Source: Patescibacteria group bacterium (GTDB lineage Bacteria > Patescibacteriota > WWE3 > UBA101185 > 2-01-FULL-41-18). From it: a DNA stretch of 64,000 nt. The stretch covers positions 1,382 through 65,381 of the forward strand of contig JBBTST010000005.1 in assembly GCA_038064575.1 (NCBI GenBank), in the 5' to 3' direction. Positions 27,704 to 36,569 of the stretch are shown piece by piece (positions within the stretch are counted from its first letter, which is position 1; each line of letters begins with the position of its first letter). Made by a program: the position numbers and the translations under genes. The notes under the pieces are model-generated. The model did not search any database, was not told the DNA's origin, and worked only from the letters and a program-made list of their open reading frames with translations.

Positions 27704-29197
27704 TCACTTCATTTGCTGAGCTGCCAGATAATCTTTAATTACCATGGTTGCTTTACAGTCATCCTCGTTGTAATCCAGAATCCTTTGTAATTTTTTTGGG
27801 TCTTGGTCTTTTAAATACTCGTTATACCACTGAATAGACAACGCTCCAGATGGTGTTTCATCCCTCCATTTAAACCCGAGATATTGGGCAATTTCTTTTA
27901 CTGAATAACTACCTAACGGCCAGTCTGTGTGGGGCAAAATCACATGGGTATATAAATCAACTGCTATTTCCTTATCAAAAAATGCTTCAAGTTCTTCTTC
28001 TGTTACAACATTAGGGTAAAGTTCTCTCATTTTCTTATAAATTGTTTTCTCATGCTGGGAGTAGTAATAAACTGCAAAATCATCTGTTGGTAATGATCGA
28101 ATGTATTCCCAAAATTCAATCCAAGCCTGTTTCTCGGCTTCTGGTGTTGTATCTGATGCTACAAAGGGTACAAATCGTTCACCATTTGGCGATCTTTCAT
28201 AAACTCCGTGCAAATAGACCATTTCTTGCGTTGGATCATCCTCAATATCAAAGTATAGTTCATAAGATTTTTGTGGAAATTCTAGATGTTTGTAAATCAC
28301 TGGTTTTGAATTGCTATTTAGGAGAAACGCTCTTTGCACTATTTTAGTTAAAGTTTTTTCAGCGATACCAGAAAGAAAATTCTTATCTGTAGCTTTCTTT
28401 GCCATAACCTCGGCTACATTTACATTTATAATATCTTCAACGCGTTCAATGCCTAAGTCTTCATTTAGTTTATCCCTTTTACTTCTTCCTAAATAAAAAA
28501 TAGTTGTTAAGTCGTGTGTATTTTTAGCCCATGTTTTGCAACTTTTATACCAAGGGCAGAGTTTACAAATTCCTGCCATTGCAGGTTTGTTTTGTATTTT
28601 ATTATCAAGCATTAACTCTACTTCATTTCTTATTTCATAATAGAACTGCCACCAAGTATTTTTGTTCTTTATACCTATTTCATTTTGAAGATCGTAAATC
28701 ACTTCTTGATTGTGAATATCTATAATTCTAGCTTTATCAGAGTTAGCAAATCCAAGCTTTTTTAGGATCTCCACATAGTGACATAGCTGCACAGCATAGT
28801 GTTTTTTGTATTTTTCTTCACCTTCTTCATCAGATCCTTCAAATCCGCGTCCACTCTTTATATCTATAGGAGTATATGTACCATCCTCATTACTTTTTAG
28901 TAGATCCGGAATTCCTAAAAGATTTTCGTGCATTAATACACCTTGATAAATAAGACCCGTGCCTTTTTTCATTTCTTCGATTGTTTCTTCAAAGCGTTGT
29001 TCGTAGCTCCCTTCAGATAAGTTTGCTAATTGGCCTAATGTAGAAACCACTTTACCTTCGTGTAATACTCCCTTATCCCAAAGCAATTGCACAAATGGGT
29101 TTGGTTCTGGGTTCTTTTCTTCTTGTGGACCGTACTTATCCCTCCACACTCGGTGCGTACATTGTAAGTAGTTGTACAAAGTTGAAGCGGATATCAT
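27704..29197 (-). CDS. TM0106-family RecB/Cas4-like Fe-S nuclease
   Basis: 497 aa. N-terminal Cys (LQCTHRVWRDKYGP) plus CKLCPWYKSCKTW give a four-Cys Fe-S cluster pattern as in Cas4/AddB. Nuclease motifs GIPDLL...IDIKS are present. The C-terminal half is RNase-H-like, as in TIGR03491 proteins. Confidence 0.65.
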   Translation of the reverse strand: MISASTLYNYLQCTHRVWRDKYGPQEEKNPEPNPFVQLLWDKGVLHEGKVVSTLGQLANLSEGSYEQRFEETIEEMKKGTGLIYQGVLMHENLLGIPDLLKSNEDGTYTPIDIKSGRGFEGSDEEGEEKYKKHYAVQLCHYVEILKKLGFANSDKARIIDIHNQEVIYDLQNEIGIKNKNTWWQFYYEIRNEVELMLDNKIQNKPAMAGICKLCPWYKSCKTWAKNTHDLTTIFYLGRSKRDKLNEDLGIERVEDIINVNVAEVMAKKATDKNFLSGIAEKTLTKIVQRAFLLNSNSKPVIYKHLEFPQKSYELYFDIEDDPTQEMVYLHGVYERSPNGERFVPFVASDTTPEAEKQAWIEFWEYIRSLPTDDFAVYYYSQHEKTIYKKMRELYPNVVTEEELEAFFDKEIAVDLYTHVILPHTDWPLGSYSVKEIAQYLGFKWRDETPSGALSIQWYNEYLKDQDPKKLQRILDYNEDDCKATMVIKDYLAAQQMK

Positions 29198-29290
29198 GAG
29201 CGCAATACTCCAGTCCTTATATTGATCTGTAATTTTGATTCTTTCATATACGCATTATAGTACTAGTTAAGTCCGTAGAAACTAGTTGCT

Positions 29291-29704
29291 TTATACCCTC
29301 CTAATTTTATCTATCAAAAACTTTATATAGTAACCTTTGCTAGATTTGACCTGTATGTACATATCATTTAGTAAATAGTTTCCAAAATGTCGTGGTTCAT
29401 TGTCTTGTCGATAATAGAAAGTTATAGGGGCTCTCTTTTTGTATTGGTTAGTTAGATACTCTTTAATGTAGTCTAAATCCTGCTCTCTATTAAACCTATC
29501 TACCGTATTTCTGGCATGTTTGAGGGGTTTTGGAATCTCAGCTTTTTTTGGGATATTATTTTTGGTATTAAAGTCCCAATGTTTCGCACAATTAGGACAC
29601 TTAAAAACACTGCCCTTACTTAGGTTTAATTTTAAAGTAATACCACAGGTGCAAACCACAAATTTGTAGGAATTGTTTTCGTTAGTTTTTATATTGTAAG
29701 GCAA
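29291..29704 (-). CDS. small zinc-ribbon protein. The annotated start is TTG; the frame stays open upstream to 29908.
   Basis: 137 aa with a CTCG...CPNC ribbon. The same frame stays open for 68 more codons upstream with no ATG/GTG/TTG. That stretch encodes a second ribbon, CDIC-x17-CLDC, and overlaps the end of the helicase gene. Confidence 0.45.
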   Translation of the reverse strand: MPYNIKTNENNSYKFVVCTCGITLKLNLSKGSVFKCPNCAKHWDFNTKNNIPKKAEIPKPLKHARNTVDRFNREQDLDYIKEYLTNQYKKRAPITFYYRQDNEPRHFGNYLLNDMYIQVKSSKGYYIKFLIDKIRRV

Positions 29705-29889
29705 TCGCTTTCGAAAAGCGTGTAAAGTTATGCCATGTGTGCTTTCATAGCAGTCTAAGCAATTATTAATAGTTTTATATGGAAACTGTTTGGCAGCAAA
29801 TATCTTATTACAAATATCGCAAGCTCTACTAACGCCATTCTCAAGATCTTCAATTTGAGCGTGTATGTTCTCAATTGTATTTGAAATTA

Positions 29890-32800
29890 TTATTTTTTTT
29901 TTACTATTTCATTAATTCTAGCGTCTAGTGTTGCAACCGGATCTTTACCTATATTAAATCTGTTTATTCTTAAAAAGCTGTAACCGTAGCCTTCTAGAAC
30001 TTTTTGTCTATATATGTCTTCACTGTTCATGTAACTTATATAGTTTGAGGCATTCACATTTTCTAGTTGCGTAAAATGTTCCCTAAAACCATCATACTCA
30101 ACAATTATCTTTTTGTTTTTAAAAATTAGTAAGAAGTCGACTTTATATTCTGGATATGTATATTCTCTAGATAATTGTTTAAGATACTTACCTAAATCGA
30201 ATTGGGGTATAAATTCTATAGTATCCTTGTTGTCTTTATAAAACTTAGTCAAATAGAATATTTCTTGAATTTTAACTTCCATTGGGGAATTTGGATCTGT
30301 ACCTCCTATGATGGTGTTTTTTCCGTTTATCAGTTCATCTCTGTAGTGTATTAGTGCATTCCTAAGCTCACCTTTAAACTCCTCAATTGGTTTACTAAGC
30401 ACAAAATGAATACAATCTTTCGCTCTACTAAACCCTACATTCAGGCGCTGTGCTTTGACATTGTCCTTATTTTCATCAAACAGTACAGGAAATATCCAAT
30501 TAAGCATGTCCTTTTCTTTTGTTGCTACCATAGAATAGAAAATATAATCACGTTCTTCCCCCTGACATGTGTCGAATGTCATGATTTTCAATTTACGATC
30601 ACTAAACAACCATTCCCTTTCCTCTAGCTTGTTCAATACATCAAATAAAAGTGTCACTTGTTCTCTATGTGGAGTTATTATTCCAATAGTTTTAGTGAAG
30701 CCATCTGCCTTTAGTTGCTTAATTACATTAACTATATGCTTTATTTCCAGTTCATTTGTATTGCTATTTTTATCAAGTTTCCCATCATGTTTAATTACAT
30801 CAAACTTAATAACTTCGGTTAGTGGAACACCTCTAATTTTCATACTTTGCAACGTATTATGATAAAAGTATTTATCTGAATAAGATATTATTTCAGGGTA
30901 ACATCGAAAGTGTTTTTGTAATTGACACTGGTAGTTTCTAATAAAACGTGAAAATTTCAGTATTGAGTTCTTAATGTCAAAGTTATCTCTTACCTTTGTT
31001 TCCCAGCCCATCTTATCTTCTCCATTTATCTTTTCTGCTCTAAAAACCTCCTTTATACGTGTTTTATATTGCTGATTGGTTACAGTGCTTGCATTGCCCG
31101 CTTTTACATTCGAAAACTGCTTATCATCTCCTAAAACAATTACTTGTTTACCTCGAATTAGGGCAGGCAAGGCTTGAGATATACTCACTTGAGATGCTTC
31201 ATCGATAATAATTAGATCAAATAAATCTTTTTCTAACGGTATGTATTCAGCATAATCTCTTATTCCAGCTAAAATGCAGGGAAAAGCTTTTTTTAAATTT
31301 TTAAACAGTGCTATAGGGAATTCTTGTTTATTTTTAAGTATAGTTTTAAGTGTATTAACCTCCCCTGCATTATCTTGAGAATACTCGATTATTCTTTTGT
31401 CCAAGAAATAGGTCATTTGAGCAGTTATTAATTGCTCTACAGTCTCAATTCTAGTTATATAGTCATCCGCAGGTGCATTTGTAAAACTGTTTGTTAGCTT
31501 CGATTCTAGATGTTTATAATCAATGATTTCTCCTAATAATTCTTCTGACTTTTCCAACAGAAGAAAATCAAATTCATTTATGTTACCTTCAATATTTATA
31601 TTTAACTCTTTAGCCAGTCCTGGATGTAATTCTATAAATTCCTCCACATACTCAAAGTTTTTGGAAAGCTTAGCTAACACCAAACATGAATTACAATATT
31701 CTTTGATTCTTTCAGTATTGATATCATTTTTTATAACATCAGTGCTTAATTCCTTATCGATAATTTTAAGTCCTTCGTTCTCTAAATAAACAAAGCCGGC
31801 ATTTAACTCGCTTGAGATACGCTCTAAATTTAGTATGTCTACATAACAGAGCAATAATTTTGGATTAAGATTCTTAAGAGCATCAAAGTTAACAATTATA
31901 TTGTGTATTTCCTTTATATCTGTGAAAAACTCATCAAACGCATTAATATAATCAGAATTCTTGTAATTACTTAAAAGCTGAAAGACATTATCAAATGTTT
32001 CGCGTTTTCTACTTACAATCTTAGATTGAATAAAATAAAGTAGGTCATATAAGTATGTTATAGAGTCGAGTTTTTTTTCAGGATTCTCAATATTAAAGTA
32101 GTTAAATGTTTTCTTAAGCTCTCTTGTTAAATCATTAAGTTCACTCTTATTGAAAAAAAAGCCAAAAATAGGTTTACGCAAACTTTTAACATTCTTTATA
32201 TATTTATTAAGCGCATTCAGTGCTGTGTCTAGATCGATGTCAGGATCCACATATAAATCATGTAGCTTACCAAGATCGTTAGAATACTTTTGGTTAAACT
32301 TCAATGCGTTTTGAAAAAGATTCTGTACAAAAACTACGTCACCATAAACATATTCCAGTTCTGAAAACAAGTTACTTTTTAACCATTGTTTGTATAGAGG
32401 CCACTCACTAAGGGCTTTTAGAGAAATAATATGATTGAAGATAGCTTCGACCCGTAATATATGTTTTATAGATAATAAGTTACTTGCCTTATCCTTCCCC
32501 AATACAGGACCTAATTCTCTATAAGCATCATTTGTTTTCTTACCTTCTAGAGAACTAATGATTTGTTTTGAAGTTTCAACATTTTTTAAAAGTTCTTGTA
32601 GTTTTTCTGTATTCTTCTCATTTATAAAACTTTTGCTGTAATTGGCATTTGTGTGAAAAGACAGTTGTTCAAGTAGTTCTTTTAATTTTGGTAACTTTTC
32701 TAAACCTTCTAGGTCTTCGTTTTTAATTAGATCGTTTTCAAATGAAAGCTTATTTTCTAGTTCAAAGTACCTAATAATATCGTCAATACTAATTGCGTCA

Positions 32801-34551
32801 AAGTGCTTAATAGTTGTCTCTAAATCATTTTTTAGCTTAGTAAGTAAGAGATCTTTCTGTTGTACGGTCGATTCTTGTGTCTTTTTATATGCTAGATAAT
32901 GATTCTTTATTTTTTGAATTGTCTGACCTTGGACAATTTTATAAAACTTGTTTCCGGACCCACCTAATCTTAAAATGGGATTCTGAAAATCCTCTTCGTG
33001 CCTAATCTTATTTAATGTCCCCGCAATTTTTTCCTCTACAACATCTAAAGCCTCTTTTTTATCGGAAAGTACAAGGACTGATTTTTCCTCTAGTAAAGCT
33101 TTACATATGATTGCTGTGATTGTGTGACTTTTACCAGTTCCTGGGGGGCCTTCAAGTATCATAAATTTACAATCGGGTTTTTGCAGTGCCATCAATACTT
33201 GTTTCTGCTCATCATTAAGTGGAATTGGACTTTCAACAATAAGCTTAGTAGAGCAGCTCAGTTCCTGCCATTCTGTATCAATCTCATCAATAAAAGATTT
33301 CGGATTTTCCTTTATAAACCCATCTAATAAATGCGTGAAGTCTTCTATAAGTTCACCATCATCGTTTAGTATTTTCTCATAATCATTAATGAGTGCTTCA
33401 TCAGATTTGTCAAAAAGAAATATATAACATTTATTAGACAACCCTGTAATTAAACTTAGTCCTTTTTGCAATCTGGCATCCTGTATATCTATTGTCAGAC
33501 CTAACTCTAAAAAGTTTTCTATTTTTCTTACTATTGTTGTTACTTTATCAAAAAAATCATCTTCACTATTAATATAAATAACTCTTTCAAAATCTACGGC
33601 AAGTGTAGACTTTCTGTTTGATTGGCGATTGAATTCCTGCACTACAAAATCTAAACCTTGTGAATTTACATATATTCTATGTTCAAAATTTAATATAAAT
33701 CTGTCCTCATCTTTTTCTACATGTATAGGCATATAGAATAGTGGAAAAGTTTCATTACCCAAAGATAGCTCAAAGAAATAAAAGTAAATTTCCGTTTTAT
33801 CTATCAATTTACCGTTCCTATATATTTGATATAGCTCGGAAAATAAATCGCTTACAGCACTATTTTCGAAAAACATTGTTAGCTTTGCCTTCAGACTTTC
33901 CAAAGGTATGATCTCTTCTAAAGCGCTAACGATATCGAAATCAACAGCACCTTCTTTTACTTCAAATATTTTCTGTAGTAGATCAGTTAATTGATTTTCT
34001 ACATCGCCAAAAAGAGTATCTATGATATCTGTCTCAAGCTGAAATTTACTGTTTTCGTCCGCCAAGCCGAGATTTTCTAGTGGTTTATCTAAATCTTGTA
34101 AAAATGGGTAGATTAATACTTTCGAATAAGAGCTTTTAATTGAACTGATGCCTTCTTCCAAATACTGATCATACGAATCATTGTACTTAGTTTTGCAGTC
34201 ATAAATGCGTTTTTCTATCTCTATATGTGCCTGAGTGATATCTTTGCTTTTTAATGCTTCAACTCTAGAAATTATTAGTTTTAATAGTGATGTTGGAATT
34301 TTAGTAGTATATTCATTTTTTTTAACTACTAAAGATTGATTTTCAAAAGATTTGGCAAATTGCTTGAGAAGAGCCTGCTTAAAATCAATAAATTTATCTA
34401 AATCTACTGCGACTTTCAAACCATTGTTTGTTTTCTGTATTGTATTTCTTTTTGGCACTCTTCTCTTCTTGAAGTCAGTTTCAAGAAAGTTCATAAAGTA
34501 TTTTGCAACCTCTTTAACAAAGTTGTTTGGTTCAGTGACTGCTTTTGCCAT
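29890..34551 (-). CDS. giant UPF1/DNA2-like SF1B helicase with a C-terminal DUF559/Vsr-like PD-(D/E)xK endonuclease domain
   Basis: 1553 aa. Walker A is LEGPPGTGKSHTI and motif II is IIIDEASQV...VLGDDKQF. A second RecA-like domain is IMTFDTCQGEERDYIFYSMV. The C-terminus, VDFLL...IIVEYDGFREH, has the DUF559 / REase_MTES_1575-type fold. There is a long N-terminal alpha-rich region of about 450 aa. Confidence 0.75.
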   Translation of the reverse strand: MAKAVTEPNNFVKEVAKYFMNFLETDFKKRRVPKRNTIQKTNNGLKVAVDLDKFIDFKQALLKQFAKSFENQSLVVKKNEYTTKIPTSLLKLIISRVEALKSKDITQAHIEIEKRIYDCKTKYNDSYDQYLEEGISSIKSSYSKVLIYPFLQDLDKPLENLGLADENSKFQLETDIIDTLFGDVENQLTDLLQKIFEVKEGAVDFDIVSALEEIIPLESLKAKLTMFFENSAVSDLFSELYQIYRNGKLIDKTEIYFYFFELSLGNETFPLFYMPIHVEKDEDRFILNFEHRIYVNSQGLDFVVQEFNRQSNRKSTLAVDFERVIYINSEDDFFDKVTTIVRKIENFLELGLTIDIQDARLQKGLSLITGLSNKCYIFLFDKSDEALINDYEKILNDDGELIEDFTHLLDGFIKENPKSFIDEIDTEWQELSCSTKLIVESPIPLNDEQKQVLMALQKPDCKFMILEGPPGTGKSHTITAIICKALLEEKSVLVLSDKKEALDVVEEKIAGTLNKIRHEEDFQNPILRLGGSGNKFYKIVQGQTIQKIKNHYLAYKKTQESTVQQKDLLLTKLKNDLETTIKHFDAISIDDIIRYFELENKLSFENDLIKNEDLEGLEKLPKLKELLEQLSFHTNANYSKSFINEKNTEKLQELLKNVETSKQIISSLEGKKTNDAYRELGPVLGKDKASNLLSIKHILRVEAIFNHIISLKALSEWPLYKQWLKSNLFSELEYVYGDVVFVQNLFQNALKFNQKYSNDLGKLHDLYVDPDIDLDTALNALNKYIKNVKSLRKPIFGFFFNKSELNDLTRELKKTFNYFNIENPEKKLDSITYLYDLLYFIQSKIVSRKRETFDNVFQLLSNYKNSDYINAFDEFFTDIKEIHNIIVNFDALKNLNPKLLLCYVDILNLERISSELNAGFVYLENEGLKIIDKELSTDVIKNDINTERIKEYCNSCLVLAKLSKNFEYVEEFIELHPGLAKELNINIEGNINEFDFLLLEKSEELLGEIIDYKHLESKLTNSFTNAPADDYITRIETVEQLITAQMTYFLDKRIIEYSQDNAGEVNTLKTILKNKQEFPIALFKNLKKAFPCILAGIRDYAEYIPLEKDLFDLIIIDEASQVSISQALPALIRGKQVIVLGDDKQFSNVKAGNASTVTNQQYKTRIKEVFRAEKINGEDKMGWETKVRDNFDIKNSILKFSRFIRNYQCQLQKHFRCYPEIISYSDKYFYHNTLQSMKIRGVPLTEVIKFDVIKHDGKLDKNSNTNELEIKHIVNVIKQLKADGFTKTIGIITPHREQVTLLFDVLNKLEEREWLFSDRKLKIMTFDTCQGEERDYIFYSMVATKEKDMLNWIFPVLFDENKDNVKAQRLNVGFSRAKDCIHFVLSKPIEEFKGELRNALIHYRDELINGKNTIIGGTDPNSPMEVKIQEIFYLTKFYKDNKDTIEFIPQFDLGKYLKQLSREYTYPEYKVDFLLIFKNKKIIVEYDGFREHFTQLENVNASNYISYMNSEDIYRQKVLEGYGYSFLRINRFNIGKDPVATLDARINEIVKKK
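29893..29902 (-). repeat. A10 homopolymer on the coding strand (T10 on plus), directly abutting the helicase stop codon
   Basis: Minus-strand sequence is GTA-A10-TAA. The A-run forms the terminal KKK codons of the helicase. One extra A, or a -1 slip, enters the start-less zinc-ribbon frame. Confidence 0.8.
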
Positions 34552-34815
34552 ACAGTTATTTTATCACTACTACAACATTTGGATACTATAGTATAGTAGA
34601 CACTTTTCTACACTTATCAACAGATATGCTGTCACAACAACGAATAGTGCTTGACCTGTGATTTTATTAATGCTAATTTGTATTTAGTTCTTTTGGAACT
34701 TGCGTTTGGGCGCGCACTAAAAATCCCAACTTTATAGATAAACAATCGCCTATAACAGGCACGTAGATACCACTTATAGATAACTAAGTTAATAAATTTA
34801 ATTAATGGAGGTCAT

Positions 34816-36168
34816 ATGACTAACAAACTTAGTGGTATCAATGATGCCAAGCTACAAATATTTAATTTGAACATAAAGGATATTAATCCTTCCGCCTATA
34901 ACCCTCGAAAATGGGATAAGTATAAAATTGACCAATTAACCAAAAGTATTACTGACTTTGGTGTTGTAGATCCTTTAGTAATTAATTCCGCCGAAAACAG
35001 AAAGAATATAGTTATTGGCGGTCATTTTAGACTTAAAGTCTTAAAAGAAATGGGATATATCGAAGTCCCATGTGTGTATGTAAATATCCCTGAGATTGAA
35101 CGTGAAAAAGAATTAAATTTAAGACTAAACAAAGCCGTTGGTGATTGGGATTTCAAACTTCTGGCTGAGTTTGATACATCCCTTTTATCAAACGTTGGTT
35201 TTTCAAGCGAAGAGTTAGATCAAATATTTGATATTGATGATTCACCAGAGCAATTTGATTTAGAAAAAGAACTTAATAAACTAAACATTAAAAATATCAC
35301 TATTAAAAAAGGCGATGTAATTTCTCTTGGAAATAGTAAATTAATGTGTGGGGATTCTACAGTCGAGGAGGATATGTTAAAGCTGATGAATGGAGAGAAA
35401 GCAGACATGTGCTTCACAGACCCACCCTATCTATTGGATTATTTAAACGGAAAAAAGAAAGGTGGTAAAGCAACAACAGGATTTGGAGCCAAAAGAAATC
35501 GCCGTTATCTCGAAACAGACACATTACCAGATGACTTCACAGAGAAATGGATGGCGAACATTAATAAAATCCAAAACGATAGTTTCTCCATAATAGTCTA
35601 CGAAAATTGGAAGAACATAAGAACTATTTGGGGAGAACTTGAGAAATATTGGAAGGTAAAAAACATGATTGTTTGGAGATTACCCAACAGGGTGCAGGGT
35701 TTTTCTGGTAAATATAGATTCTTTTCCAAACATGATATTGCTATGGTTGGAGCTTCACCTAACACAGATATTGAGTTCAACATGGAAACAGAGCCAGATG
35801 GTTTGCAGGAGGAATATGAAACAGCTCTTTATGCGATATCAGGTAAACCACAATGGGAAAGCTATAAAAAAGGCAAGAAGTATCAGCCAACAGACTTTAT
35901 TGATTACAAAGCCTCCGATGAAAAGAGCTCTGGGCAAGGAGTAGTATTTGGTACTAAGCCAATCGAAATATTAATACCATACATAAAAGTATTAACTAGA
36001 AGAAATGAATTAATCGTTGAACCTTTTGGTGGTAGTGGATCTACTCTTATTGCAGCAACAAAAATGAGACGTAGGTGTTATGTAATGGAGAAATCTCCTG
36101 TTTATGCTGAAGTTATTGTTAAAAGATGGGAGAAGTTAACTGGTTTAAAGGCGAAAGTTAATGCCTAA
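34816..36168 (+). CDS. ParB-like nuclease domain / DNA (amino) methyltransferase fusion
   Basis: 450 aa. The N-terminal ParB/Srx fold is present (DPLVIN...GGHFRLKVLKEMGY). The C-terminal MTase has motif IV DPPY (MCFTDPPYL) and motif I FGGSGST, a beta-class order consistent with N6-adenine (or N4-cytosine) methylation. Confidence 0.75.
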   Translation: MTNKLSGINDAKLQIFNLNIKDINPSAYNPRKWDKYKIDQLTKSITDFGVVDPLVINSAENRKNIVIGGHFRLKVLKEMGYIEVPCVYVNIPEIEREKELNLRLNKAVGDWDFKLLAEFDTSLLSNVGFSSEELDQIFDIDDSPEQFDLEKELNKLNIKNITIKKGDVISLGNSKLMCGDSTVEEDMLKLMNGEKADMCFTDPPYLLDYLNGKKKGGKATTGFGAKRNRRYLETDTLPDDFTEKWMANINKIQNDSFSIIVYENWKNIRTIWGELEKYWKVKNMIVWRLPNRVQGFSGKYRFFSKHDIAMVGASPNTDIEFNMETEPDGLQEEYETALYAISGKPQWESYKKGKKYQPTDFIDYKASDEKSSGQGVVFGTKPIEILIPYIKVLTRRNELIVEPFGGSGSTLIAATKMRRRCYVMEKSPVYAEVIVKRWEKLTGLKAKVNA

Positions 36169-36538
36169 GCGTACTAAATATGTTGAGGATAAAATACAGG
36201 AGGATAAGGACAGACTCCTAGCTGAATTGGAAAAAATGCCTGTAGTTGAGGTAGCTTGTAAAAGAACTGGTATATGTAGAGCTACCTACTATCGTTGGAT
36301 TAATGAAGACAAGGCTTTTAGCCAATCAGCACGTATAGCTCAAATAGAAGGTATTAAGTTAATAAATGACGCAATGGAATCTACACTAATTTCGTTAGCT
36401 TTAGAAAATAGAAGCATGGGTGCTATCAGGTTTTGGCTTGAAAATAGACACGCTGATTACAAGCAAAACAAAGAGCTAGAGAGGTCTAGGAAGCTGAAGA
36501 ATAATTTTACTAAGCTATCCAGACCGGATATCTATTAG
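36161..36538 (+). CDS. terminase small subunit-like HTH DNA-binding protein
   Basis: 125 aa with an N-terminal HTH (VACKRTGICRATYYRWINED) and a C-terminal RFWLENRHADY, reminiscent of phage TerS (Terminase_2-like) proteins. It overlaps the MTase stop by 8 nt, consistent with an operon. Confidence 0.4.
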   Translation: MPKRTKYVEDKIQEDKDRLLAELEKMPVVEVACKRTGICRATYYRWINEDKAFSQSARIAQIEGIKLINDAMESTLISLALENRSMGAIRFWLENRHADYKQNKELERSRKLKNNFTKLSRPDIY

Positions 36539-36569
36539 TAGATAGCGTTATTTTGTTATAATCACATTA

